From Anaeromyxobacteraceae bacterium (GTDB taxonomy: Bacteria > Myxococcota > Myxococcia > Myxococcales > Anaeromyxobacteraceae), in NCBI GenBank assembly GCA_032654565.1, contig JAULAX010000010.1, forward strand, positions 64,001 to 128,000: 64,000 nt of DNA, read 5' to 3'. Numbering within the stretch: the first letter of the stretch is position 1; the number at the start of each line of letters is the position of its first letter. The notes under the pieces are model-generated. The model did no database searches. It saw nothing but the letters and a program-made list of their open reading frames with translations, and had not been told where the DNA came from. The position numbers were made by a program, and so were the translations under genes. This document shows positions 32,330 to 42,353 of the stretch, piece by piece.

Positions 32330-32970
32330 TACTTCGGCCCCTGGCCCAGGTCGGTGAGCGCCCGCCGGGCCTCGCCGGCCTGGGGGCTGTTGGGGGCGAT
32401 GGCGATCACTTTCTTGAAGGCGGCGGCGGCCCGCGCGGCGTCGTGCTTGTCGGCGGACCAGACCACGCCCAGGTTGTAGGCGCTCTGCACGTGCTTGGGG
32501 TCGACCTTGTTGGCCTTCTCGAAGTTGGCGATGGCCTCGTCGAACCGCCCGGTGTCCCGGTACATGACCCCCTGGTCGGTGAGCACGTCGGGGTTGTTGG
32601 GGTTGAGGGCCAGGGCCTTGCCGTAGGCGTCGATGGCCTTCTGGTGCTGGCGGGAGTCGAAGTAGTCGTTGCCGAGCTGGATCCAGACGCCGACCAGCTT
32701 CGGGTCGCGGGCCACCAGCTTCTGGTTCATCTCGATGCGCTGGAAGACCTCCGGCGAAGGGCCGGACGGGGGCAGCCCCCCGGGCATGCCGGGCGGCGGC
32801 TGGCCCGGCATCCCCGCCGGCATGGGCGGCGAGGCGTCGAAGGCAGGGAGCGGGGCGGAGCCGAGCAGCTTCTGGGCCTCGCTCATCCCCTTGGAGAGGC
32901 CGATGGTGTAACCCACCAGGATGCCGATGAGCAGGCCACCCACGGCCCCGAGGATCAGGTTCTTGTTCAT
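32329..32970 (-). CDS. Membrane-anchored TPR protein
   Basis: N-terminal TM, Pro-rich linker, about 3 TPRs (LGNDYFD..AIDAYGKAL..PNNPDV). Confidence 0.85.
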   Translation of the reverse strand: MNKNLILGAVGGLLIGILVGYTIGLSKGMSEAQKLLGSAPLPAFDASPPMPAGMPGQPPPGMPGGLPPSGPSPEVFQRIEMNQKLVARDPKLVGVWIQLGNDYFDSRQHQKAIDAYGKALALNPNNPDVLTDQGVMYRDTGRFDEAIANFEKANKVDPKHVQSAYNLGVVWSADKHDAARAAAAFKKVIAIAPNSPQAGEARRALTDLGQGPK

Positions 32971-33114
32971 GGTGCGCAAGCCTCCAGGGCGCCAGGAGGG
33001 CGCCGCGACGGCCGCGGATATTGACACACCTCGCCCCCGGAGTGTGGCGCCCGGCGGCGGCGAGGCGCCGCTCGACGGCCCCCCCGGGGGGAAGGTAGGT
33101 TGCCGCCCCGGACC

Positions 33115-33753
33115 ATGACCCGCCGATCCCCCGCCTCACCGGCCTGGAGCCCCGCCGAGCGCGCCGCCCTGCGCCGCCTCTCCACCCCGCGCCGCATCCA
33201 GGACCTGCTCGACCAGCTCGCCTACCGGACCGAGGACGACCCGGCCTCGCCGCGCCGGGCCCTCGCCGAGCGGCGCGCCCACTGCTTCGACGGCGCGCTG
33301 CTGGCCGCGGCCGCCCTCCGCTTCCACGGTCACCCGCCGCTGCTGCTCGACCTGCGGGCCATCCACGACGACGACCACGTCCTCGCGGTCTTCCGTGTGG
33401 ACGGGGCCTGGGGGGCCGTCGCCAAGTCCAACTTCGTGGGGCTGCGCTACCGCGAGCCGGTCCACCGCACGCTGCGCGAGCTGGCGCTCAGCTACTTCGA
33501 TCCCTACTACAGCATGAAGCGGCGGAGGACCCTGCGGGCCTACTCGGCGCGGCCGCTCGACCTGCGCCGCTTCGACCGGCTGGGCTGGGAGTTCGACGAG
33601 GCGGCGGCGCCCCACCTGGCGGCGCGGCTCGACCGGGCCCCGCACCGGTCACTGCTGACGGCGGCGCAGGAGCGGCGGCTGACCCGGCTCGACGAGCGCT
33701 CGTTCCGGGCCGGGATGCTGGGCACCGACCTGGCCGGTGTTCACCCCGGGTGA
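33115..33753 (+). CDS. Transglutaminase-like conserved hypothetical protein
   Basis: AHCFDGA..DDHVLAVF..WGAVAKSN with a Cys/His pair. Confidence 0.7.
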   Translation: MTRRSPASPAWSPAERAALRRLSTPRRIQDLLDQLAYRTEDDPASPRRALAERRAHCFDGALLAAAALRFHGHPPLLLDLRAIHDDDHVLAVFRVDGAWGAVAKSNFVGLRYREPVHRTLRELALSYFDPYYSMKRRRTLRAYSARPLDLRRFDRLGWEFDEAAAPHLAARLDRAPHRSLLTAAQERRLTRLDERSFRAGMLGTDLAGVHPG

Positions 33754-33759
33754 AGCCGG

Positions 33760-34806
33760 CTACTTGCCGAAGCGGATGGGCATGGTCACCCAGAGCGAGA
33801 TGGGCCGCCCCTGGGCGGTGGCGCCCGGCGTCCACTGGCAGTGCTGCACCGCCGCCCAGATGGCGTTGGCGACACGCTGGTCGCTGGGTCCGGAGAGGTA
33901 GCTGAACTGGGAGACGGCGCCGGTCTCGTCGATGGCGAACTTGACGGTGGCGCTCTCGCCCTCGAACTCGAGGACGTCGCGGGGGAGCCGCAGCGAATTG
34001 ACCACGCAGCCGGGGACGGTCTGCCGCGCCTTCTGGTAGCCGTCGCGGGCGTAGGCCGGGCCGATGGCCATGGGGGCGGAGGCGGTGGGCGCCGCGGCCG
34101 GCGCCGCCACGGACTGCGGCGGGGGCAGCGGCGGCGGGGGCGGGGTCTCGGGCTCGGCCCGCGGGGCCGGCGCCGGCGCCGGGGCCGGGCGAGCGGGAGC
34201 GGCCGGCTTCTCGGCGCGGGCCACCTCGCGGGCCGGGGGCGGGGCGGGGCGGACCTGGCGCGCCGCGGCCTCGCGCTCCGGCGGCTTGCGCCGCTGGCGC
34301 GGAGGGGCCCCGTCGGAGGGGAGGTCCATGGTCACCACCGGCTCGGCCGCCTCGGGCTCCGCGACCGGCGGGGTGGTGGGCTCGGGCGGGCGCCCGATCC
34401 GGGTCACCTGGGGATCGCTCGCCGACTGCGCCGGGGTCGAGATCGGCGACCGCCGGCTCCGGATCAAGGCGAAGGCGGTGATGGCGAGGACCAGGACCAC
34501 GCCGGCGACGATGGGGAGGACCGGGATGCCGCTGCGGGCGGTGGTGGTCTTGAAGCTGGGGGCGTTGGCCATGCGGGCGGCAGCGCGCGCCGACTCGCTC
34601 TGGGGCCGGCGGGGCGCCGGGGCCGCCGGGGCGTCGGCCTCGGACTCGAGGTGGAGCTCCTCGTAGCCGCCGTCCGGCGCACCGGGGGGCGAGGCGTCGT
34701 TGGACGACGTCGGGAGCAGCCCCTGGCAGGCGGGGCATCGGGCGTTGGGGCCGCGCGGGGTCGGGACGTCGCGGCCGCAGCGTGGGCAGTGAACCGTGGT
34801 GGCCAT
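33760..34806 (-). CDS. Zinc-ribbon / TM / Pro-rich / TonB C-terminal domain protein
   Basis: CPRC..CPAC, single TM, Pro-rich linker, VKFAIDETGAV..WTPG..GRP..IRF TonB_C pattern. Confidence 0.8.
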   Translation of the reverse strand: MATTVHCPRCGRDVPTPRGPNARCPACQGLLPTSSNDASPPGAPDGGYEELHLESEADAPAAPAPRRPQSESARAAARMANAPSFKTTTARSGIPVLPIVAGVVLVLAITAFALIRSRRSPISTPAQSASDPQVTRIGRPPEPTTPPVAEPEAAEPVVTMDLPSDGAPPRQRRKPPEREAAARQVRPAPPPAREVARAEKPAAPARPAPAPAPAPRAEPETPPPPPLPPPQSVAAPAAAPTASAPMAIGPAYARDGYQKARQTVPGCVVNSLRLPRDVLEFEGESATVKFAIDETGAVSQFSYLSGPSDQRVANAIWAAVQHCQWTPGATAQGRPISLWVTMPIRFGK

Positions 34807-34931
34807 GTCCGCCGAATGTACCCATACGAGCCGCCGATTGCACAATGATCGGCCGGCGGAAATCGGAGGGAACGGCCTCGGGGATCGGCCGAGGGATGGC
34901 GGGCGGAGACGAAGACGTGGAGAATCGCGGC

Positions 34932-36008
34932 GTGAACGGGACAGCGAGCCGAGGCCGCGGCGCCACCTGGACGAGGGCCGTGTTCGGCCTGCTCCTCTGG
35001 GGCGCCCTGGCCTGCACGGCGGTGGCGCAGGAGAGCCCGCCCGAGCTCGACCTGGACCCCGAGGGGAAGGACTGGCTCGACGACCAGCGCATCGCGGTGG
35101 AGCTGGAGCTCGGCGCCGTCACCGCCCGCTTCGACCAGTTCTTCGGCGACGACCGGAAGATGGACGCCGACGCCCCCTCCTCGCGCTTGCGGTTCCGGAC
35201 CTGGGTGAGGACCGCGGCCGACCGGGACTTCGCCATGGGGGGCTCGCTGGGGACCTCGATCCACCTGCCCCGGCTGGAGCACTGGCTCGGCAACGCCCGC
35301 CTGGTGCTGGTGGGCGAGAGGCCGCCGGACGGGGTGCCGCCGCCGCCCGCCGGGCAGGACCTGGCCGGCGCCAACCCGGCCCAGGCCCCGGTGGGCGCCC
35401 CGTCGGTCGCCTTCCTCTCCCGGGGGCGCGGCAACGCCGAGCTGCGCTTCGACCTGCTCCGGCGCCCCCTGGTGATCCTCGACAGCGGGGCCGGCGTCAC
35501 CCTGGCCTGGCCGCTGATACCGTTCACGCGGCTGCGCGCCCACTTCCGGGTCGGGCTGGGAGGGGAGGTCTTCCTGCGCGCCACCGAGGCGGTCTTCGTG
35601 GAGTTCTGGGGCCGGGGCCTGGGGACCGCCACCGACCTCGAGGTGGGGCGCCTCCTCACGCCCTTCCTGCGGGTGAGGTGGGAGGGGCACGGCGTCTTCG
35701 CCCAGCGGACCCGCGGCATCGAGTGGTCGACGCTGGTCGGCGGCGACTGGATGGTGCACCCGCGCACCGGCCTCTTCGCAGGTGGAAGCTGCAGCGGCCT
35801 CGGCACCCCGCACCCCGGGCTCGATCTCTGGCGGGTCTGGACCGGGGTCCGGCAGGACGTCTGGAACGGCTGGGTCTTCATGGGGCTGGAGCCGGAGATG
35901 ACCTGGCCGCGCCTGGCGGGGATGGACCGGACGTCGGTCTGGGCGGTGACCCTGCGGCTCGAGGTGGTCATCGACTCCCGCCCCACCCAGGCTGGAGCCC
36001 GGGAATGA
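34932..36008 (+). CDS. Putative outer-membrane beta-barrel protein
   Basis: Signal peptide, FDQFFGD, amphipathic strands ending LRLEVVI; GGAG RBS before GTG. Confidence 0.65.
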   Translation: MNGTASRGRGATWTRAVFGLLLWGALACTAVAQESPPELDLDPEGKDWLDDQRIAVELELGAVTARFDQFFGDDRKMDADAPSSRLRFRTWVRTAADRDFAMGGSLGTSIHLPRLEHWLGNARLVLVGERPPDGVPPPPAGQDLAGANPAQAPVGAPSVAFLSRGRGNAELRFDLLRRPLVILDSGAGVTLAWPLIPFTRLRAHFRVGLGGEVFLRATEAVFVEFWGRGLGTATDLEVGRLLTPFLRVRWEGHGVFAQRTRGIEWSTLVGGDWMVHPRTGLFAGGSCSGLGTPHPGLDLWRVWTGVRQDVWNGWVFMGLEPEMTWPRLAGMDRTSVWAVTLRLEVVIDSRPTQAGARE

Positions 36009-37489
36009 ACGGGGCCTGGCTCGGCCAGCTGTTCGAATCCCCCGCCACGCTGGCCGGGCTGGAGGTGCTCTGGATCCTGCTCATGGCCGGCTGGATGCTG
36101 CAGGAGCGCCGGCCGCCGGTGGCCACCCTGGCCTGGATCCTCGGGCTCTCGCTGCTGCCGGTGGTGGGCGTGCCGATCTACCTCTTCCTCGGCCCTCGCC
36201 GGCTCAAGCGCCGCCTGCTGCGCCGCGCCGCCGCCCGCCAGAACGTCTCGGGGAAGCCGGAGCCGTGGGAGGCGCTCGAGGCCGAGGCGCCGATCCAGTC
36301 GCGGCAGCTGCTCCAGCTGGCCCGGACCCTCACCGGCGTCCCCGCCGAGACCGCCACCTCGCTCACCCTCTACGACGACGGCGACCAGACCATCGACGCC
36401 ATGATCGCCGCCATCGCCGCGGCGCGCGATCACGTTCACCTGGAGTTCTATATCTTCGCGCCCGACCGGTCCGGGGCCCGGGTGCGCGACGCCCTGGTGG
36501 AGCGGGCCCGGGCCGGCGTCGAGGTCCGGCTGCTGGTGGACGCCTCGGGCTCCTCCCGCCTCAAGGCCGCCTTCGTGGCCCCGCTGGTCGAGGCCGGTGG
36601 CCAGGTGGCCCACTTCAACCCCGCCTTCGGCGGGAAGGCCTCGGCCCGGTTCTTCAACTTCCGCACCCACCGCAAGATCGTGGTCTGCGACGGGCTCACC
36701 GGCTTCACCGGCGGCGTCAACATCACCGACAGCCACAGCAGCTCGGCGGTGGGCCCGGCGGCCTGGCGCGACACCCACCTGCGGATCACCGGCAACGCCG
36801 TGCACGGGTTGCAGCTGGCCTTCCTGGAGGACTGGTACTTCGCCCGCCCCGGCGAGCCGCCGCCGGAGAACGAGGCCATGCGGGCCCGCTACTTCCCGGA
36901 GACCGGGCGCGGCCCCGGCCTGGTGCAGATCGTGGCCTCCGGGCCCGACGAGGCCAGGCCCCGCCTGGCACGGCTCGACGAGGCCGGTCACGCCGTGGAG
37001 GCCCTCTACTTCGCCGCCATCACCGGGGCCCGCCGGCGGGTCTGGATCACCACGCCGTACCTGCTGCCCAGCGAGCCGCTGGCGGCGGCGCTGGCGAGCG
37101 CGGCGCTCCGCGGCGTGGATGTGCGGCTGCTGGTCCCGGCCCGGACCGACTCCCGGCTGGTGGACGCCGCCGCCAGGACCTTCCACGGCGGCCTGCTGGC
37201 GGCCGGGGCGCGCATCCACCTCTACGGGCCGCCCATGATTCACGCCAAGACCTGCGTGGTGGACGACGACCTGGCCATCGTCGGCACCGCCAACCTCGAC
37301 AACCGCAGCCTCCGGCTCAACTTCGAGGTGGTGGCGGCCATCCACGGGGGGCCGGCGGTGGGGGCGCTGGCCGCCTTCTTCACGCGGGATCTGGAGCGGG
37401 CTCGCCCGGTGGCGCGGGAGGGGCGCCGGCAGCGGTTCCTGGGCCGGGTCTTCTCCTCGCTGGCGCGGCTGCTCTCGCCCCAGCTCTGA
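36005..37489 (+). CDS. cls: Cardiolipin synthase (ClsA type)
   Basis: Two N-terminal TMs and two HKD motifs (HRKIVVCD, HAKTCVVD); ATGA overlap with the upstream gene. Confidence 0.92.
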   Translation: MNGAWLGQLFESPATLAGLEVLWILLMAGWMLQERRPPVATLAWILGLSLLPVVGVPIYLFLGPRRLKRRLLRRAAARQNVSGKPEPWEALEAEAPIQSRQLLQLARTLTGVPAETATSLTLYDDGDQTIDAMIAAIAAARDHVHLEFYIFAPDRSGARVRDALVERARAGVEVRLLVDASGSSRLKAAFVAPLVEAGGQVAHFNPAFGGKASARFFNFRTHRKIVVCDGLTGFTGGVNITDSHSSSAVGPAAWRDTHLRITGNAVHGLQLAFLEDWYFARPGEPPPENEAMRARYFPETGRGPGLVQIVASGPDEARPRLARLDEAGHAVEALYFAAITGARRRVWITTPYLLPSEPLAAALASAALRGVDVRLLVPARTDSRLVDAAARTFHGGLLAAGARIHLYGPPMIHAKTCVVDDDLAIVGTANLDNRSLRLNFEVVAAIHGGPAVGALAAFFTRDLERARPVAREGRRQRFLGRVFSSLARLLSPQL

Positions 37490-37591
37490 CCCGGGCTTTG
37501 CCCAGGTGCGGCGTGCCCGGCGGCGACCCTGGCCGCCCGCCGGAGCCGGGCCTCGAGCCGGCTCGCCTGCGCCGGGCGGTATACTGCCGGC

Positions 37592-37918
37592 ATGCGCCAG
37601 GTCCAGGTCCAGGGCTGCCTCCCCGCCATCCTCCTGCTGGTGGTGCTCGCCGGCCTGGTGGGGGTGGTGATCTCCGCCAGCCTCGCGGTCGCCCTCCCGG
37701 TGGCGGGCGCGCTGCTGGTGCTCGGCCTGGCCCGCTCGCTCTGGTACCGGCTGACCGGGCGCACCCCGCCGTCGCCGCCCCGTGGCGCCACCTTCCGGAC
37801 CGTCCGCATCGACCCCGGCTGGTCCGGGGGCGGGCCGGGCGGGCCGGCCGACGACGAGGGGCCGGTGATCGACGCCCTGCCGAAGGGGGCGCGGGAGAAG
37901 GACGAGGGTCGCGGGTAG
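37592..37918 (+). CDS. Small two-TM membrane protein
   Basis: Hydrophobic hairpin; TATACT -10 six nt before the ATG. Confidence 0.7.
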   Translation: MRQVQVQGCLPAILLLVVLAGLVGVVISASLAVALPVAGALLVLGLARSLWYRLTGRTPPSPPRGATFRTVRIDPGWSGGGPGGPADDEGPVIDALPKGAREKDEGRG

Positions 37919-37964
37919 GACTGGGTGCGGGGCCCATCCCGCCACCTTTCCCCGGAGGCTCCAC

Positions 37965-38522
37965 ATGCGCTTCACCCGTGCCGTCACCCCCCTCATCGCC
38001 AGCGGGCTGCTGGCCGCCCTCGCCGCCGGCTGCGCCTCCCCCGCCAAGGTGGTGAAGCCGGAGACCGATGTGCGCGACGCCGTGGCCGCGGCGCCGCTGG
38101 CCTCGCCGACCCCGGCGCCCGCGGTCGAGCCGCCGGCGGCGGTGGCCGACCAGCGCTGCTCCATCTCCCGCATCCACTTCGCCTTCGACTCGGCCCAGCT
38201 CGACGCCGACGCCCGCACCGGGCTCAAGGGGGTGGCCGCCTGCCTCGAGCAGAAGCGGCCGGCCGCGGTGGTCATCGAGGGGCACACCGACGAGCGCGGC
38301 ACCACCGCCTACAACCTGGCGCTCGGCCAGCGCCGCGCCGACTCGGTTCGCGGCTACCTGAAGGACCTGGGGGTGGGGGCGTCGCTGAAGACCGTCTCGT
38401 TCGGCAAGGAGCTGCCGCTGGTGAGCGGCGCCGGCGAGCAGGCCTGGAGCCAGAACCGCCGCGCCGAGATGCGGCTGCCCGGTGACCAGCGCTCCGACGG
38501 GCTCAAGGTGGCCAACCGCTAG
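37965..38522 (+). CDS. OmpA-family / Pal-like peptidoglycan-associated lipoprotein
   Basis: Lipobox LAAGC; HFAFD, EGHTDERG, YNLALGQRRA and NRRAE motifs. Confidence 0.9.
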   Translation: MRFTRAVTPLIASGLLAALAAGCASPAKVVKPETDVRDAVAAAPLASPTPAPAVEPPAAVADQRCSISRIHFAFDSAQLDADARTGLKGVAACLEQKRPAAVVIEGHTDERGTTAYNLALGQRRADSVRGYLKDLGVGASLKTVSFGKELPLVSGAGEQAWSQNRRAEMRLPGDQRSDGLKVANR

Positions 38523-38562
38523 GGGGAGGGGGGGGGAGGCTGGGCTCGTGGCGGCGCCAGCG

Positions 38563-39114
38563 CTAGGCCGCCACGAGCTCCAGCGCAACCCGCCGGGCGG
38601 CGGCGCGGGCGTGGCCCACCTGGCCGTTCATGGCCTGGTAGCTCTTGCCGAGGCGGCGGGCCACCGCGGCGATCCCCTCGCCCGCCAGGTCGATGCGGAC
38701 CAGGGCCTCGACGTGGCCGGGGCAGAGGCGGGAGAGGACGCGGTCGAGGTCGCGGACCGCCTCGACCCGGCGGTGCGAGCCGGTGCTGGAGGACGGGGAC
38801 TCGTTGGCCAGCTGGGCGCGGAGCCGGGTGCGGGTGGCGCCGTCGCGGAGCTGGGAGAGCGCGCCGTTGCGGACGATGGTGGCGAGCAGCGCCTCCGGTG
38901 TGCCCAGGGCGGCGTCGAAGCGCGGCATCCCGGAGGAGAGGAAGGCCACCAGCGCGTCCTGGGCCCGGTCCTCCACGTCGGGGTGGGACTTGGGACGGCG
39001 CAGCACCCGGGCGGCGACGGCGCGGGCGTGGTCGAGCAGGTGGGCCCAGCGCGCGGCGTCGTCGGCGGTGGTCGGGGCGGCGAGCGCGGGGCGGACGGCC
39101 TGGAGGTTCGGCAT
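38563..39114 (-). CDS. ECF-type sigma-70 factor
   Basis: DVEDRAQD region 2, ATIVRN, C-terminal HTH (IAAVARRLGKS). Confidence 0.72.
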   Translation of the reverse strand: MPNLQAVRPALAAPTTADDAARWAHLLDHARAVAARVLRRPKSHPDVEDRAQDALVAFLSSGMPRFDAALGTPEALLATIVRNGALSQLRDGATRTRLRAQLANESPSSSTGSHRRVEAVRDLDRVLSRLCPGHVEALVRIDLAGEGIAAVARRLGKSYQAMNGQVGHARAAARRVALELVAA

Positions 39115-39306
39115 CGAGGTGATCTCCCGGGGGCGGCGTGCCCCCATGATCCTCAAACGCCGCCGGCCGCCTTCCCGGCTACCACCGGCTGGCCGGGAGC
39201 CGCTCCAAGCGGCCGCCGTCACTCTGGAATCTTTCTTCTCGGCGGGTCGGGAACCTCCGCCGCCCCTGCCCCGGAACTCTCCGCCGGGGTACCCTCCGGG
39301 GCCTCC

Positions 39307-40086
39307 ATGGAGAGATCGGCGACAGCGGGCCAGGGCCCGAGCACGGAGCGGCTGGTCGCCGAGGCCTACGACGAACTGCGCGAGCGGGTCCGGTCCATGA
39401 GCCGCGGCGCGCCGCCGACGCTGGCCGGGACCGCCGGGCTGCACACGGCGCTGGAGCGGATCCTGCGGCGGCGCACCACCTTCCGCGACGCCCGCCACTT
39501 CACCGCCTACTGCCTCTTCCTCATCCGCCGGCTCTGGATCTCCCGGTGGCGGGCCACGGCGCGGCGGCGGCGGCGCGAGGCGGACTCGCTGCTGCCGGTG
39601 CTGACGCTGCTCCACGGCGAGCCGGTGGCGGGCTCACGGGAGGAGTCGCTGGCGGTGCTGGAGCTGCTGGCCCAGCTTCGCGCCGACCCCAACATCTCGC
39701 GCCGGCGGCGCATCGCCCGCGCCGTGGAGTGCCACGTCGTGGCCGGCTTCACCCAGGCCGAGACCGCCGAGCTGCTGGGCGAGTCGAAGGGGATGGTGCA
39801 GCAGCGCATCGCCTTCTTCCTGGCCTGGGCGCGGCTGGCGGTGGCCCCGGACCTCGGGCTGGTGGAGCGGGCGGCGGCGGCGGCGGCCGTCGACCCGCGG
39901 CTGGGCCGGCGCGAGGCCATCGCCGAGGCGGCCCGCAGGTACTACCTTCACGGTGAGTCGCGGACGGCCATCGCCGGGGCCCTGGGCTCGACGGCGGCGA
40001 GGGTGGAGCAGGACCTGCGGCTCTTCGCGGCCTGGGTGGCGGCGCGCCAGGCCAGGCGCGGGGCGGGAGAGGAGGAGGGCACATGA
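39307..40086 (+). CDS. Kinase-associated ECF-type sigma factor with an apparently duplicated region 4
   Basis: AYDELR..TLAGTAGLH..RHF..RR pattern of STK-paired ECFs; two HTH-like blocks; ATGA overlap with the kinase. Confidence 0.72.
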   Translation: MERSATAGQGPSTERLVAEAYDELRERVRSMSRGAPPTLAGTAGLHTALERILRRRTTFRDARHFTAYCLFLIRRLWISRWRATARRRRREADSLLPVLTLLHGEPVAGSREESLAVLELLAQLRADPNISRRRRIARAVECHVVAGFTQAETAELLGESKGMVQQRIAFFLAWARLAVAPDLGLVERAAAAAAVDPRLGRREAIAEAARRYYLHGESRTAIAGALGSTAARVEQDLRLFAAWVAARQARRGAGEEEGT

Positions 40087-41891
40087 CCAGGCTGGGCGCC
40101 GACGTGGTGGTGGAGCTGGTGCTGAAGCAGGATCGCTCGGAGTGGCCGCGGCTCATCGACGAGCTGTGCGACGGCGACGCCGCGCTGGCCGAGCTGGTCC
40201 AGGCCCTGCTGGCGCACTACGACAGGCCCGACGGCCCGCTGCCCTCGGGGCCCTACCCGGTGGAGCTGGGCCCCTTCACCCTGGAGCGCGAGCTGGGGGC
40301 CGGGGCCCACGGCAAGGTCTACTTGGCGCGCCGCCCGCCGCTCGATGGCTTCGTGGCCCTCAAGCTGCTCCGCCCCGGGCCGGGCATGAGCCAGTTCGTG
40401 GAGCAGGTGCGCCGCGAGGCGGGCCGGGCCCGGCGCATCCCCAGCGCCCACGTGGTGCCGGTCTTCGACGCCGGCCGGATCGAGAACGGCCCGTTCTACG
40501 TGGAGATGGCGGTCTGCGCCGATCCCGACGAGGAGGCGCCCGGCTCGATCCGCATCGGCCGATCACTCCGCGAGGCGCAGCCGGGGCTCTCGCCGCTGGA
40601 GGCGGCCAGGCTGGTGGAGGACCTGGCCGGCGCGGTCCACGCCGCCCACCGGACCGGCATCGTCCACGGCGACGTCAAGCCGGAGAACGTGCTGCTCACC
40701 CCGGAGAGCCGGCGGGTCATGCTGGCCGACTTCGGCATCGCCACCTCGCTGGCGTCGACCCAGCCCTCCGGCCTGGGCGCCGCCACCGAGCCCTGGGGGT
40801 CGGCGCCGGCCGGCCGCCGGGCCTCGGGGCCGGCCTCCTCGCGGGCGCTCCCCATGGGCACGGTGGCCTACATGGCGCCGGAGCAGTGGCGGGACCGGCT
40901 GCCCCCCACGCCGGCCTCCGATGTCTATACCCTGGGTGGAACACTCTACTTCCTGCTCTCCGGCGCGGCGCCCCACGCCGGGCGGATCGGCGACGCCGAC
41001 CCGAGCCCGCCGCCCCTGCCCAGCGGCGTCCCGCCGCGGCTGCGGGAGATCGTGGCCCGGGCGCTGGCGCAGCGGCCCGAGGACCGGCCGAGCTCGGCGG
41101 GCGCCCTGGCCGACGAGCTGCGCCGCTTCAGGAAGCTGGAGCCGACCTGGCACGAGCGCCGCTCCGGGCTGCGGCGCACCGCGCTCTTCCTCCTCCGCCA
41201 CCGGCGCGAGCTGATCGCCGCCGCCGCGGTGGTGGCGCTGGTCCTGCCGCTGGTGGTGGCCGGCTACCAGCTGCTGACCGGGAAGCTGCTGGAGCTGACG
41301 GGGCGCGAGGCGGCGCTGGGGCTGAAGCTGGAGGAGCTGGAGCGGTCGCGGCGCTCGCTGGAGGCCGAGATCGCCCGGCTGGAGGGGGCGGCCGACGCCA
41401 AGCAGAAGGAGCTGAAGCGCGTCGAGGCCCGGCTGGCGCAGCTGCCGAAGCTGGAGCAGGCGCTGGGCGCGGCGCGCCAGGAGGCGGAGCACGGGAAGGA
41501 GCTGGTGGCCCGTGCCGAGGCCGAGGCCAGGGCGGCGGGCCGGCGCCTGACCACGGTGGAGGCGCAGCTGGCGGGGGCCAGGGAGGCGGCCGGCGAGGCG
41601 GAGCGGCGCGAGGCGGCGGCCCACAAGGAGGCGGGGCGGGTGGGCGGGGAGCGGGACGAGGCGCGCAAGCGGGTGGCGGACGCCGAGGGGCAGGCGACCC
41701 GGCTGGAGGGGCGGCGGGCCGCGCTGGAGAAGGAGCTTCGCGACAACGCGGCGGCGCTGGGGGCGGCGAAGGCGGCGGCGGAGCGGGAGGCGGGGCGCGC
41801 CGCGGCCGCCGAGCGGGAGCGGGACGCGCTGCGGGCGCGGCACGGGGTCGGCGCGGGGGCCGCGGGCAGCGGCGGCGAGCCGGGACGGTGA
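40083..41891 (+). CDS. Hanks-type Ser/Thr protein kinase with TM and long coiled-coil C-terminus
   Basis: LGAGAHGKVY, VALK, HGDVKPEN, DFG, YMAPE and SDVY motifs. Confidence 0.93.
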   Translation: MTRLGADVVVELVLKQDRSEWPRLIDELCDGDAALAELVQALLAHYDRPDGPLPSGPYPVELGPFTLERELGAGAHGKVYLARRPPLDGFVALKLLRPGPGMSQFVEQVRREAGRARRIPSAHVVPVFDAGRIENGPFYVEMAVCADPDEEAPGSIRIGRSLREAQPGLSPLEAARLVEDLAGAVHAAHRTGIVHGDVKPENVLLTPESRRVMLADFGIATSLASTQPSGLGAATEPWGSAPAGRRASGPASSRALPMGTVAYMAPEQWRDRLPPTPASDVYTLGGTLYFLLSGAAPHAGRIGDADPSPPPLPSGVPPRLREIVARALAQRPEDRPSSAGALADELRRFRKLEPTWHERRSGLRRTALFLLRHRRELIAAAAVVALVLPLVVAGYQLLTGKLLELTGREAALGLKLEELERSRRSLEAEIARLEGAADAKQKELKRVEARLAQLPKLEQALGAARQEAEHGKELVARAEAEARAAGRRLTTVEAQLAGAREAAGEAERREAAAHKEAGRVGGERDEARKRVADAEGQATRLEGRRAALEKELRDNAAALGAAKAAAEREAGRAAAAERERDALRARHGVGAGAAGSGGEPGR

Positions 41892-41951
41892 CAGGATGGT
41901 TGCGCGCCGGGCGTGGTCCGGGTTAACTCCCGCTGCGAGGTCTGAGACCAC

Positions 41952-42338
41952 ATGCACAACGTCATCGCCCACGCCGTCACCGCCTCCCTGGCCCTCTTCA
42001 CGCTCTCCGATGGCCCGGCCGAGAGGCCGGCCAGCGCGGTGAGCGCGGCCGTCGAGCAGCCCCGGGCCACCGCCGCCAAGGCGGCGACGGCGCCCCAGGC
42101 CATGGAGCAGGGCAAGCCGGCGGCCGCGAACCAGGCGGCGGTCCCGGTCAAGGCGGCGGGGCCGGCCACGGCGCCGGCGAAGGCTCCGGTGGCGGCTCCG
42201 GTGGCGGCGGGTGGGGCGGAGACCCGGGCTCCTGGCCCCAGGCCGGCGGGCGCCAAGCCGGCGGCCCCCAGGGCGGCGGCTCCCGTTCCGGCCGACCCGA
42301 AGCCCTGCGAGCCGGTCAAGCCCTGCTCGATCGACTAG
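41952..42338 (+). CDS. Putative secreted Ala/Pro-rich protein with C-terminal Cys pair
   Basis: Signal-like N-terminus, low-complexity linker, C-terminus PCEPVKPCSID. Confidence 0.65.
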   Translation: MHNVIAHAVTASLALFTLSDGPAERPASAVSAAVEQPRATAAKAATAPQAMEQGKPAAANQAAVPVKAAGPATAPAKAPVAAPVAAGGAETRAPGPRPAGAKPAAPRAAAPVPADPKPCEPVKPCSID

Positions 42339-42353
42339 CGCCCCGCCTCCTCG

